DNA of 60,631 nt from Aquificota bacterium (GTDB lineage Bacteria > Aquificota > Aquificia > Aquificales > QOAS01), in contig JAADES010000024.1 of NCBI GenBank assembly GCA_013153315.1, positions 1-60,631 of the forward strand. Reading direction: 5' to 3'. Position 1 is the stretch's first letter, and every line of letters starts with the position of its first letter. The notes beneath the pieces are model-generated. The model worked only from the letters and a program-made list of their open reading frames with translations, was not told the origin of the DNA and did not search any database. The position numbers and the translations under genes are program-made. Of the stretch, positions 28,891-38,455 are shown in pieces.

Positions 28891-29487
28891 ATGCATATCT
28901 CCGAAGGGGTTTTGCCCACTTGGGAAATAGTCACAGGTTGGGGTCTAACACTCATAGGAACGGCCATAGGTTTGAGAAAATTGGAAGGGGAAAAGTTAGT
29001 CTTGGCCGCCTTGTTAACCTCCCTCTTTTTTGTGGCCTCCTTAATCCACGTTCCAATAGGGGTAGGTAGCGCCCACCTATTGTTCAACGGGTTTATAGGC
29101 TTAATCCTCGGTTGGGCGGCCTTTCCAACAATACTGATTGGTTTACTTTTCCAGGCCCTCCTATTTCAATTCGGGGGGCTAATGGTTTTGGGGGTCAACA
29201 CCTTCAACATGGCATTCCCCGCCGTTATAGCCCACTATCTATTCAAAGACTGGATAAAAACCGAGGGTTGGAAATTTTATGCGGGAGCTTTTTTAAGTGC
29301 CTTCGTAGCAATTTTAGGGGCCGGCCTTTTGGTTGCTATAGAATTGGCCTTGGCGGGAGAAAAATTTATAAAGGACGCCGAATTAATTTTCCTTATCCAT
29401 ATTCCCATAGCTACCGTCGAAGGAATTATTTACATCTTCCTTCTTAAGTTCCTTAAAAAAACCTATCCCCAATTCTTGGAGGATTAA
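28891..29487 (+). CDS. cbiM: ECF transporter substrate-capture component CbiM/NikM
   Basis: The 198-aa ORF has the diagnostic N-terminus MHISEGVL (metal-ligating Met1-His2) and is a multi-TM protein. Confidence 0.85.
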   Translation: MHISEGVLPTWEIVTGWGLTLIGTAIGLRKLEGEKLVLAALLTSLFFVASLIHVPIGVGSAHLLFNGFIGLILGWAAFPTILIGLLFQALLFQFGGLMVLGVNTFNMAFPAVIAHYLFKDWIKTEGWKFYAGAFLSAFVAILGAGLLVAIELALAGEKFIKDAELIFLIHIPIATVEGIIYIFLLKFLKKTYPQFLED

Positions 29488-29489
29488 AA

Positions 29490-30197
29490 ATGAAAAAAAC
29501 TTTTGCGGTTGTTTTTTTACTACTTTCCACCGTGGCTTTTGCCCACAAAGTCAGCATATTTGCCACCGAACAAAACGGAAAAATAGATGTTTACGGCTAC
29601 TTCTCCGATGGAACACCGGCTAAAAATTCCCAAGTTGAGGTTTACGATGCTCTTAGCGGGAAACTTCTTTTGACGGGCAAAACCGACGGCAACGGATTTT
29701 TTGAATTTACTCCACCCCAAGGGGTTAAAGAGTTGAAAATTGTCCTTTATTCGGGTTTGGGACATAAAGCGGTAACCACCTACCAACTGGAGGAAAATAG
29801 TTCCCAAACAACAACCACCCAAGGGAAAGAAAAAACTACCCCTTCGCAAGAAAATATAACTACCACCAACTTAGGAACTGAAAGCATAAAAGTTTCTTCC
29901 AACGTTGAGAAAATTCAATTGATACTTTACACCGCCGACGGGAAAAAGGAAATCTTTACCTTTAAGGTTGGTGGAAACAATGCCCTAACCAAGGTAGAAC
30001 AAAAAAATACAGCCCGGGCGGTGGAAAACGGTCAAACTTCCAACGAGCAGGAAGAGCTGCAAAAAATCCGCCAAATAGTGAACAAAGAAACCGCCTTCCC
30101 GTGGGCTAAGGTCTTTTGCGGTATAGGGTGGATATTGGGAATTTTCGGTATCTTAGAATTTATCTATGCTCGACGCGGCAAAAATAAGGTTGATTAG
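29490..30197 (+). CDS. membrane-anchored periplasmic protein of the Ni/Co operon (NikL-like; carboxypeptidase-regulatory-like beta domain)
   Basis: The 235-aa ORF has a signal peptide and a beta-sandwich-like segment (QVEVYDALSGKLLLTGKTDGNGFFEF). A Thr/Ser/Gln linker and a C-terminal TM (ILGIFGILEFIY) follow. Confidence 0.5.
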   Translation: MKKTFAVVFLLLSTVAFAHKVSIFATEQNGKIDVYGYFSDGTPAKNSQVEVYDALSGKLLLTGKTDGNGFFEFTPPQGVKELKIVLYSGLGHKAVTTYQLEENSSQTTTTQGKEKTTPSQENITTTNLGTESIKVSSNVEKIQLILYTADGKKEIFTFKVGGNNALTKVEQKNTARAVENGQTSNEQEELQKIRQIVNKETAFPWAKVFCGIGWILGIFGILEFIYARRGKNKVD

Positions 30198-30732
30198 TTT
30201 TGTTTTTCTTTCTTTGATTATTTACCCTATACATTCTATAAAACTGCTTTTTTTGGCTATGTTAGGTAGCCTTTTGCTGTTTTTTGTTTTAAAGACACCC
30301 CTTAAATTCCTAAAAGGTTTAATTTACGCAAATACCTTCACCGTTTTTATTGTTGTTAGTCTCCTTCTGTTGGATTTTAAGAATAACCTAACCACCGCGT
30401 TGGTAATATTTTTGAAATCCAACACAATTTTATTGTTAACCTTTAGCTTGGTTCTGCCTTTGGGAATTACCACCCTTATAAGAACCTTGGAAAGTTTTAA
30501 AGTTCCCAAAAAATTTACCCTGATGGTGTTTTTATCCTACCGTTATATATCCTCCATAAAGGAAGAGTATGAAAAAATGAAAAAAGCGGCCCAACTAAGG
30601 GGCTTTGAGCCTAAATTTAACCTACGAACTTACAAAATTTTCGGTTATATGCTCGGCACCCTTACGCTAAAAACCTTTTTTAAAGCTCGGCAGGTGTATA
30701 AAGCCATGGTGTGCCGCGGCTTTGGAAGCTAA
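30166..30732 (+). CDS. cbiQ: ECF transporter transmembrane (T) component CbiQ/NikQ
   Basis: The 188-aa multi-TM ORF has the C-terminal AAQLRGF..KAMVCRGF pattern typical of CbiQ. It is shorter than usual. Confidence 0.7.
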   Translation: MLDAAKIRLISFVFLSLIIYPIHSIKLLFLAMLGSLLLFFVLKTPLKFLKGLIYANTFTVFIVVSLLLLDFKNNLTTALVIFLKSNTILLLTFSLVLPLGITTLIRTLESFKVPKKFTLMVFLSYRYISSIKEEYEKMKKAAQLRGFEPKFNLRTYKIFGYMLGTLTLKTFFKARQVYKAMVCRGFGS

Positions 30733-30747
30733 ATTTGAAACCCCTAC

Positions 30748-31842
30748 ATGAAAGGTCTATATATCCATATTCCCTTTTGCAATCAAAAATGTCCCTATTG
30801 CGATTTTTTTTCTATAACCCAATGGAAGGTTTCCTTCGAAAGCTATTTTGAAGCCCTACTGAAGGAATTGGAATATTACGCTTCCCTTTACACGCTAAAC
30901 ATAAAAACCATCTACTTTGGTGGGGGAACACCCTCGGTAGTTCCTCCAAAAGTTTACAAAGATTTTTTCTCCCGTTTGGGGTCTATTTTAGACCTCTCCA
31001 AAGTGGAAGAAATTACCATAGAGGTAAACCCCGAAAGTTATGGATTAGAAGAATTTATCCAACTAAGGGAAATAGGTTTCAATAGGATTTCGGTAGGAGT
31101 TCAAAGCTTTTTGGAAGAAAACCTAAAGAAGTTGGGAAGAAAGCACTCGGTAAAACACTCTTTGGAAACTCTAAAAAATTTATCCCGTGCGGAGTTTGAA
31201 AATATTTCGGTCGACCTTATTTGGGGTCTGCCCCAACAAACTCCCCAACAACTGAGGGAGGAATTTAAATATCTTTCCGACTTGGGGGTGGTTCATCTTT
31301 CGGCTTACCTACTTACGGTTTACGAAGAGACGCCCCTTTACCGTTGGGTGGAAGAGGGGAAATTCAACCTTCCCGAGGAGGAACAAATAGAAACTCTTTA
31401 TTACACCCTTTTGGAAGAAACAAAAAAAATAGGCTTTCAAAGGTATGAAATATCTAACTTTGCAAAAGAAGAAAAATATCGTTCCAAACATAACCTGCTC
31501 TATTGGAAGATGGAACCCTTCTTAGGAATAGGGGCAGGGGCTTGGAGTTTCGACTCCAAAAAAAGATGGTTTAACAAAAGAAACCTGCTAACCTACATAG
31601 AAGCTTGGAATAAAAGAACCCCGCCGGTGGAAGAAGTTATAAACCTATCGGAGGAAGAACTCCTTAGGGAAACCCTGATAATGGGATTGAGAACCACCGA
31701 AGGAGTTAATAAGGAACTGGTTTTGAAGAAAAACCTACCGAAGGAAATAATCGAAGAATTTTTCACCTTTAAAGGGAACAAAATAGCTTTCAACGACCGA
31801 GGTTTTCTGTTGTCAAACTCAATCCTATCTATGTTGATTTAA
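30748..31842 (+). CDS. hemW: radical SAM heme chaperone HemW (HemN-like)
   Basis: The 364-aa ORF has the N-terminal YIHIPFCNQKCPYCDF radical-SAM motif and the GGGTPS segment. Confidence 0.85.
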   Translation: MKGLYIHIPFCNQKCPYCDFFSITQWKVSFESYFEALLKELEYYASLYTLNIKTIYFGGGTPSVVPPKVYKDFFSRLGSILDLSKVEEITIEVNPESYGLEEFIQLREIGFNRISVGVQSFLEENLKKLGRKHSVKHSLETLKNLSRAEFENISVDLIWGLPQQTPQQLREEFKYLSDLGVVHLSAYLLTVYEETPLYRWVEEGKFNLPEEEQIETLYYTLLEETKKIGFQRYEISNFAKEEKYRSKHNLLYWKMEPFLGIGAGAWSFDSKKRWFNKRNLLTYIEAWNKRTPPVEEVINLSEEELLRETLIMGLRTTEGVNKELVLKKNLPKEIIEEFFTFKGNKIAFNDRGFLLSNSILSMLI

Positions 31843-31888
31843 AAGGGAAAATCAAAAAGGCGGAGAAATAAAAAAGAACAACAAAAGG

Positions 31889-32779
31889 TTAAATTGCTTT
31901 GGGTTTGCAAACATCGATGAGGTTTTGGATATTTTCTTCCCTACCGACGCGGGCTTTAACTTCTTCAACCCTATCGTGGTAGGTGGGTTTTTCAACTTTG
32001 TAGTAAACCCCGATGTGGGCTTTGGCATTTTCGGGGTCTCTGTAGTTGTCATCCCAGTGGATAGCCATTTCCATAGCTTTGTTAAAGTCGTCCAACTGGG
32101 TATGTCCGAGGTCTTCGTTAATATCTATGAGGTGGTTTTTGTAATACTTGTAGCTGTCAAACTTGTTGAAGGTGGGGCAGGGCGAAATGATATTTACGAA
32201 GGATAGTCCCTTGTGCTGGATGGCCTCTTTAATAATTTTGGTCATGTGTTTTAGGTTTCCGGCGTAGGTTTGGGCAACGTAGGTAGCTCCGAAAGTAAGC
32301 ATATACATTATGGGGTTAACGTGTCCGTCAATATTTCCGTAGGGAGTTAACGAACCGGGCTGTCCATCTCTGGAGGTGGGGGAGATTTGGTTTTTGGTTA
32401 GTCCATAAACCTTATTGTCCATCATTATTATGGTTATGTCGATGTTTCTTCTTGCCACGTGGGGGTTGTGACCGCTACCTATGGAGAACATATCCCCGTC
32501 ACCGGTGAACACTATAACGTCGAGGTCGGGGCGGGAAACTTTTACACCGATAGCGAAGGTGATAGCCCTTCCGTGGAGGGTGTGGGCATTATAACCTTTC
32601 AAGAATAGGGGTAACCTTGAGGAGCAACCAATTCCCGAAACGCCAACCACTTTAGCGGGGTCTTTTTGAAGTTCGGCCAAAGCCCTGGCGGTTGCGTTCA
32701 AAACACCGAAGTCACCGCAACCGGCACACCAAGTAGGTTCTACTTCACTTCTATAATCTTTTGCGGTCAATACTGCCAT
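31889..32779 (-). CDS. korB: 2-oxoacid:ferredoxin oxidoreductase beta (TPP-binding) subunit
   Basis: The 296-aa ORF has WCAGCGDFGVL and the TPP motif TGDGDMFSIG. Confidence 0.85.
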   Translation of the reverse strand: MAVLTAKDYRSEVEPTWCAGCGDFGVLNATARALAELQKDPAKVVGVSGIGCSSRLPLFLKGYNAHTLHGRAITFAIGVKVSRPDLDVIVFTGDGDMFSIGSGHNPHVARRNIDITIIMMDNKVYGLTKNQISPTSRDGQPGSLTPYGNIDGHVNPIMYMLTFGATYVAQTYAGNLKHMTKIIKEAIQHKGLSFVNIISPCPTFNKFDSYKYYKNHLIDINEDLGHTQLDDFNKAMEMAIHWDDNYRDPENAKAHIGVYYKVEKPTYHDRVEEVKARVGREENIQNLIDVCKPKAI

Positions 32780-32861
32780 GGAAAGAAACCTCCTTTAGGT
32801 TTAGTTAAAAACAAACCCCAAAAAGGGGGAAGGGAAAAATGTTTAAAACCATAAAAGGGAA

Positions 32862-34775
32862 TTAAATTGCTCCGACAACGGTTCCGTAAACGTCGGAGGG
32901 TGTGAACCAACCCTTCTTAATGTCTTTTTCTATAGCCATTTTTACAAAGTCTTCTATTTCCTTAGGTATGAAGGCCTCACCTCTGTAAGCAACATAGGAA
33001 ATTAGGTCTTTTAGGTTGGTTGTTGCCCTTAGAATGAAAGCGAACTGTCCGTGGTAGTTTGTTTCGGGAACTATAACCCTCTTGGCTTTGGAGGCGAACT
33101 CTTCAAATACCTCGGCTTTAACGGGCCATAGAAGTCTGGGATAGAACTCGTTAACGGTGTAGCCTTGTTTACGCAACCTTTCGGCCGCCTCTCTGGCTAT
33201 GGAAGCGGTCAATCCCCAAGAGATAATAGCAACGTCGGCATTGTCGCTGTCGATTCTCATGTCTTTGTAGTAGCGGTCGGCATCTTCCCTTAGGAGGGTT
33301 TGGAGTTTTCTAAAGCGTTTGTTCATCTGTTTAACACGGATTTCGGGGGTAAATCTTGGGTCGGTGTTTTCGGTTCTTTCCAAACCGGTGATAGCGTGCA
33401 AGGCGTTGGGGTCTCCGGGTATTCCCATGGGGGTTATACCGGTGGGGGTGTCTGTTTTATATCTTAGGAACCTTCCGGTGGGGGAACGGAATTTTCCTTC
33501 TTTATCTTCCTCGGCGTTGTAAACCCACCTGTTTATAACTTCGATTTCATCAACACCGTAGGGAATATTACCTTTAACCACAACTTTGCCGTCGGGTCTT
33601 TGCTCTATTTTTGGAGTGGGGAACACTTCCGAACGGATAGCCAAAGCTCCGTCGGTCATGAGGAATACGGGAATTTGGTATTTTTCGGCCAAGTTAAATG
33701 CCTCTACCGCCAAGTAGAAGTTATCTTCAACGGTTGTCGCGGCCAAAATAGCCCTGGGGAAATCACCGTGTCCGCCGAAAGCACACACGAAGAGGTCTGC
33801 CTGCTCGTGTTTGGTGGGCATACCTGTTCCGGGGCCTCCCCTTTGAACGTCAACTATAACAATGGGCAACTCGGTTATTCCGGCGTAGGAAATAAATTCG
33901 CTCATTAGGGATATTCCGGGGCCCGATGTTGCGGTCATAGATTTTTTACCTGCAAATGAGGCCCCCAACGCCATACCGAGGGATGCTATCTCGTCTTCCG
34001 CCTGATAGAGCCAACCGCCCCTTTTGATTAAGTCCATAACTATGTGGTTTCCTACGGTGGTTGCGGGGGTTATGGGATAGGCTGCATAGAATTCTACGCC
34101 CGCGGCTATGGAACCTTTGGCAACGGCCTGGTTACCTTCCATAATTACAACGTCTTCGGGGGTTTTGGGTTCGGGGAATTTATAAGGGTCTTTCTTTTGG
34201 AGGTTTTCCCTAACATACTGGCGTCCCAAGTCGAAGGCCTTATAGTTTAGTTCAACTATTTTTTCGCCCTTTCTCATAAATTTGGCTTTAATCGCGTCCT
34301 TAATGGACTGTTCGGGAATTCCGAATAGCTCGGACAATACACCCAAGGCTATGATGTTTTTGGTAATGTAGGCCTTCATAACATCTTTGGCCAACTCGGA
34401 TAGGGGAACGGGGTAATAGATTACGTTTTCCAAAGCTTGGGCGGGTTCGTAGTCGGTGCTGTCGTAAACGAGAACTTTGGGTTTTGCTTCGTCTTTGGCC
34501 CTTTTGAGAAATACCATATTTTTTTCTACCGCTTCGCCGTTGAAAGCACAGAGGATATCGAAGCTGTCGCCGGTAGAGTAAACCCTGTCGTCGGAAATTC
34601 TAACGGTAGATTGGGCATATCCACCTTTAATTTCGGCGGGGTAGGATTTGTAATTAACGGCCCAGTAGCCTGCCCTTGCGGCGGTTTCGGTTAGGAAGTC
34701 TCCCGCGGTAATAACACCCTCACCACCTTCACCGCCAACTTTAATAACGAGGTCGAAACCTTTATTTTCTGCCAT
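32862..34775 (-). CDS. korA: 2-oxoacid:ferredoxin oxidoreductase alpha subunit (fused gamma-alpha type)
   Basis: The 637-aa ORF has an N-terminal gamma-domain motif (GGEGGEGVITAG) followed by the alpha domain (AYPITPAT). It forms the two-subunit KorAB arrangement. Confidence 0.85.
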   Translation of the reverse strand: MAENKGFDLVIKVGGEGGEGVITAGDFLTETAARAGYWAVNYKSYPAEIKGGYAQSTVRISDDRVYSTGDSFDILCAFNGEAVEKNMVFLKRAKDEAKPKVLVYDSTDYEPAQALENVIYYPVPLSELAKDVMKAYITKNIIALGVLSELFGIPEQSIKDAIKAKFMRKGEKIVELNYKAFDLGRQYVRENLQKKDPYKFPEPKTPEDVVIMEGNQAVAKGSIAAGVEFYAAYPITPATTVGNHIVMDLIKRGGWLYQAEDEIASLGMALGASFAGKKSMTATSGPGISLMSEFISYAGITELPIVIVDVQRGGPGTGMPTKHEQADLFVCAFGGHGDFPRAILAATTVEDNFYLAVEAFNLAEKYQIPVFLMTDGALAIRSEVFPTPKIEQRPDGKVVVKGNIPYGVDEIEVINRWVYNAEEDKEGKFRSPTGRFLRYKTDTPTGITPMGIPGDPNALHAITGLERTENTDPRFTPEIRVKQMNKRFRKLQTLLREDADRYYKDMRIDSDNADVAIISWGLTASIAREAAERLRKQGYTVNEFYPRLLWPVKAEVFEEFASKAKRVIVPETNYHGQFAFILRATTNLKDLISYVAYRGEAFIPKEIEDFVKMAIEKDIKKGWFTPSDVYGTVVGAI

Positions 34776-34920
34776 TTAAGCAACCTCCCTTTTGGGTTTT
34801 AGGTTATTTTAAAAATTTTTGACAACCTTTTCAGCCAACCGAAAAACCTCTTGTTTGGTTGCTCTAACAATCTACCAAAAGGGGGAAGGTTTTTTCAAGT
34901 TTCTATTAATGATTTTTTCT

Positions 34921-35679
34921 TTAAACTTCCACCACGCTAAGGTCTTCGACGGCTATAGTTTCTACCCCCGTTTGGGAAGAAATTTCCTTAGCCACCTTTA
35001 GGGGGTTCTTTAATAACATCTCTTTCGAATAGTGGGTTATTACCGCCTTTTTGGGTTTCTTCTCTCGGAGGATTTTTATTACATCTTCCACCGAAAGGTG
35101 GTCTATATGGGGTCTTTTCCTGTAAAAGGTTGCGTTAAAAATCATTAAATCCGCACCTTGGGGAAGATGTTCCAGCCAATATTCCTCAAACCTTCCGCAG
35201 GGAATATATACAACCTTTTTCCCTTCGGGGTTTTCAAAGAGGAGGGAATAGACTTCCACCCTATGGTGGGTGTGTTTGTGTAAAACTTTAAGAGTTATTT
35301 CATTAATTTGAAAGCTTTTTTCCTCCTCCAGGGTGTGGGTTTCTACCAACCTTTGAATGTAAGGTAGAACCACCCTATGCTCACCTTTTAAGGCGTCGGC
35401 GGGGGCAAAAAGTTTAACCCCTTTACGCCTACCGCTTTCCGTTGCACTTTCCAATATTGTGTTAACGTCGGCCGAGTGGTCTAAGTGAAGGTGGGAAAGC
35501 ACCACGGCGTTTAAATCCTTCCAGGGTTCGAAGGGGGTATTGAAAAAATAGACAAAAGCTCCCGGGCCGGGGTCTATATGAATTAGGCTTTTATCCTTTA
35601 GGAGTATTCCCCCGCTGTTTCGTATTTTTTTAAATGTGACAGTCCTTCCTCCGGCGGTTCCCAAAAAATAAAGTTTCAT
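34921..35679 (-). CDS. MBL-fold metallo-hydrolase
   Basis: The 252-aa ORF has the HLHLDH metal-binding motif and a downstream His/Asp pattern. Confidence 0.75.
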   Translation of the reverse strand: MKLYFLGTAGGRTVTFKKIRNSGGILLKDKSLIHIDPGPGAFVYFFNTPFEPWKDLNAVVLSHLHLDHSADVNTILESATESGRRKGVKLFAPADALKGEHRVVLPYIQRLVETHTLEEEKSFQINEITLKVLHKHTHHRVEVYSLLFENPEGKKVVYIPCGRFEEYWLEHLPQGADLMIFNATFYRKRPHIDHLSVEDVIKILREKKPKKAVITHYSKEMLLKNPLKVAKEISSQTGVETIAVEDLSVVEV

Positions 35680-35780
35680 CCTTAAGGATTTTAGAAATTC
35701 TCCTTTTGCGGAGAAAATCTATTAATTTCCAAAAAAGGGATTAAAAAAACAATTTTCAACCTTCTACATTCCTTAATTAA

Positions 35781-37490
35781 ATGGATATTCCCGTCCGCTG
35801 GAGGGAAATTATAGAAAAAGTTCCCCAAAAGTGTGGGGTTTATATTTTCAAAAACTCCAATAGGTATATATACATAGGTAAAGCCAAAAATTTGAAAAAA
35901 AGACTTCTTCAACACCTTAGGGCAATTTCTACCGACCCCAAGGAGAGGGAAATTTTTAAACAATCTACCTCCCTAAGTTGGATATTAACCGAAAATGAAT
36001 ATGAAGCCCTCCTTTTGGAAAGGCAACTTATAAACCTTCATAAGCCCAAATTCAACATAGTCTTTAAATACGGCGGCGGCTACCCTATGCTGGTTATAAC
36101 CAAAGAGGAATTTCCCACCGTTAAAATTGTTAGAGATTTTGAAATCGAAGGGGAATATTTCGGCCCTTTCTTCTCGGTAAATCAGGCTAAGAGGACTAAA
36201 AGGCTTATCCATCAACTTTTTAAACTCCGCACCTGCGACCCTATGCCCAAACCGGGAAAACTATGTATGGACTACCACTTAGGGTTATGTTCCGCCCCCT
36301 GCGTTAAGGGAAAAATCTCTAAAGATGACTACCTAACTTCGGTTGAGGCGGCTAAAGCCTTCCTTTCGGGGGAGGTCGGTAAAGTCTTGCCCCTCCTTTA
36401 CGAGAAATTGGAATATTACAAACAAAGGTTGGAATTTGAAAAATGTGCCCTCCTAAAGGAGCAAATAACCGCTTTGGAAAACCTCGCCGCGGGTCAAAAT
36501 GTAACCAATTACCCCTTTAGGGAGGCAGATATTTGGGTTTTCTTGGAGGGAAAAATTTACCTATTCCTTGTAAGGGGAAAAAAGTTTGTCGGAAACAAAG
36601 AATTTAGCTTACCTCCCGATAAGTTGGGAAAATTTGAAGATTGGCTTTTAGGGTATTATTCGGTTAACTATATTCCCGAAAAGGTTTTTTATTACCCACC
36701 TTCGGCGGTAGAGAACAAAGAAAATATTGAAAAATACCTCTCCCAAAGGAGAGGTAAAAATGTAATCCTCCAAGGGGTTATTCCTTCCGAAATTCAACCC
36801 TTGGTAGAGCTAAACATTAAAAAACCTTATGGGGAAGAAAATGTTAAAACGACCTTCGAAAGGGTTTTAAAAATTCCCTACCCCGAAAGGATAGAAGGGT
36901 TTGATATTTCCCACTTTTTGGGGGAATTTATAGTCGGCTCCTGTGTTGTTTGGGAAAAAGGTTCTATGAACAAAAAATGTTATAGAAGGTATAGAGTAAA
37001 AACCGTCGAAGGGATAGACGATTATCAAGCTCTCTTTGAGGTTCTATCGCGAAGGGCCAAAAGAATTAAGGAAGGTAAATATCCCGTTCCCGATATTTGG
37101 CTTATCGACGGGGGAAAAGGACAGCTTAATGTGGCCTTAAAGGTAAAAGAGAAGTTTAAACTACCCACCTTTGTGGTTGCTTTGGCAAAACGAAACGAAA
37201 TCCTCTTTACGGAGGATGGTCGCCAAATCCCTTTAAAGGAATATCCATCCCTTTACCAAATATTTGGGCTAATAAGGGACGAAGCCCACCGTGTGGCGGT
37301 TAACTATAACCGCCGACTTAGGGAAAAAAAAATATTAAAAACCCTCCCCCAAAGGGAAAGAAAAATTATCGAAAGGAACTTTTCAGGTATTTACGAAGTT
37401 TTGAATTCTCCCGATGAAAGATTAAAAAGGTTAGGTTTGGAACCTTCTTTGAAACAAGAAATTAAAAGACTTTATGGGGAAAAGGATTAA
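35781..37490 (+). CDS. uvrC: excinuclease ABC subunit C
   Basis: The 569-aa ORF has an N-terminal GIY-YIG domain (GVYIFKNSNRYIYIGKAKNLKKRL) and a UvrBC-interaction helix region. An RNase H-like endonuclease domain (IEGFDISH) follows. Confidence 0.85.
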   Translation: MDIPVRWREIIEKVPQKCGVYIFKNSNRYIYIGKAKNLKKRLLQHLRAISTDPKEREIFKQSTSLSWILTENEYEALLLERQLINLHKPKFNIVFKYGGGYPMLVITKEEFPTVKIVRDFEIEGEYFGPFFSVNQAKRTKRLIHQLFKLRTCDPMPKPGKLCMDYHLGLCSAPCVKGKISKDDYLTSVEAAKAFLSGEVGKVLPLLYEKLEYYKQRLEFEKCALLKEQITALENLAAGQNVTNYPFREADIWVFLEGKIYLFLVRGKKFVGNKEFSLPPDKLGKFEDWLLGYYSVNYIPEKVFYYPPSAVENKENIEKYLSQRRGKNVILQGVIPSEIQPLVELNIKKPYGEENVKTTFERVLKIPYPERIEGFDISHFLGEFIVGSCVVWEKGSMNKKCYRRYRVKTVEGIDDYQALFEVLSRRAKRIKEGKYPVPDIWLIDGGKGQLNVALKVKEKFKLPTFVVALAKRNEILFTEDGRQIPLKEYPSLYQIFGLIRDEAHRVAVNYNRRLREKKILKTLPQRERKIIERNFSGIYEVLNSPDERLKRLGLEPSLKQEIKRLYGEKD

Positions 37491-37498
37491 ATAAAACC

Positions 37499-38383
37499 TC
37501 AAACTGTTTTTTTCTTTAAAGGAAACTTTAAAAGGTTAAATCTTTTCAAATCCAAAAGAAGGGCCGATGCTATAAATACGGAGGAGTAGGTTCCTACCAC
37601 AATACCCACCAAAAAGGCAAAAGCTATATTGGACAGCATTTCACCGCCAAAGAAGTAAAGCACCGCGGCAACGGCGAAGGTGGTTAGAGAGGTCATTAAA
37701 GTCCTTGAAAGAGTTTCGTTTATTGAAATATCAATAAGTTTGGAAAAATCGGTGGCGGGACGCAATTTTAAGTTTTCCCTAATACGGTCGAAGACCACCA
37801 CCGTATCGGTAACGGAATAACCGGCAACGGTAAGGAGGGCTCCCATAACTTCGAGGTTTACCTCTCGGTATGTTAGCGAATAAGCCCCTAAGCTGACGAT
37901 AATATCGTGAAATAACGCCAGCAAGGCGGTTATCGCCCAAAGGGGTTGGAACCTAAAACCTAAATATATAGCAATAAGTATTAGGGCCGTTATAACCGCA
38001 GAGATGGCCTTTTCCTTCAATTCTTTACTGAATACCGCCCCTATCATTTCAAAACGGACTAACTTGGCTTTGGGGTCGAGTTTTTTTAATAGCTCTTTAA
38101 CCTTCTCTATAGGGGCTCCTAATTTCACCTTAACCAAAATATGGCCCTCTTTGGTTTCCTGAACTATAACCCCTTGGATTCCTTCCTTTTTAAGGAAATC
38201 TTTAATTTGATTTTCGGGTATTGGGTGGGAGGGGGCTATTTCGATGACGTAGCCACCGGTGAAATCCAACCCCCAATTAATTCCCCTGAACTGGAGCAAA
38301 AATAAACTACCTATAATTAAAAAGGCCGAAAGAAGGTAGGCTTTAAAACGGTGTTCCATAAAGGGAATGAACCTTGTAGCCAT
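37499..38383 (-). CDS. secF: protein translocase subunit SecF
   Basis: The 294-aa ORF has 6 TM segments. The GLDFTGG and VVVFDRIREN motifs are present. Confidence 0.85.
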   Translation of the reverse strand: MATRFIPFMEHRFKAYLLSAFLIIGSLFLLQFRGINWGLDFTGGYVIEIAPSHPIPENQIKDFLKKEGIQGVIVQETKEGHILVKVKLGAPIEKVKELLKKLDPKAKLVRFEMIGAVFSKELKEKAISAVITALILIAIYLGFRFQPLWAITALLALFHDIIVSLGAYSLTYREVNLEVMGALLTVAGYSVTDTVVVFDRIRENLKLRPATDFSKLIDISINETLSRTLMTSLTTFAVAAVLYFFGGEMLSNIAFAFLVGIVVGTYSSVFIASALLLDLKRFNLLKFPLKKKTV

Positions 38384-38455
38384 CAGAGGTTTTAAGTTTA
38401 TGGTTCTTTTATGGGTTTTTTAAAAGAAAGCCCTAAGTGTGGAAAAAAAGAAAAA

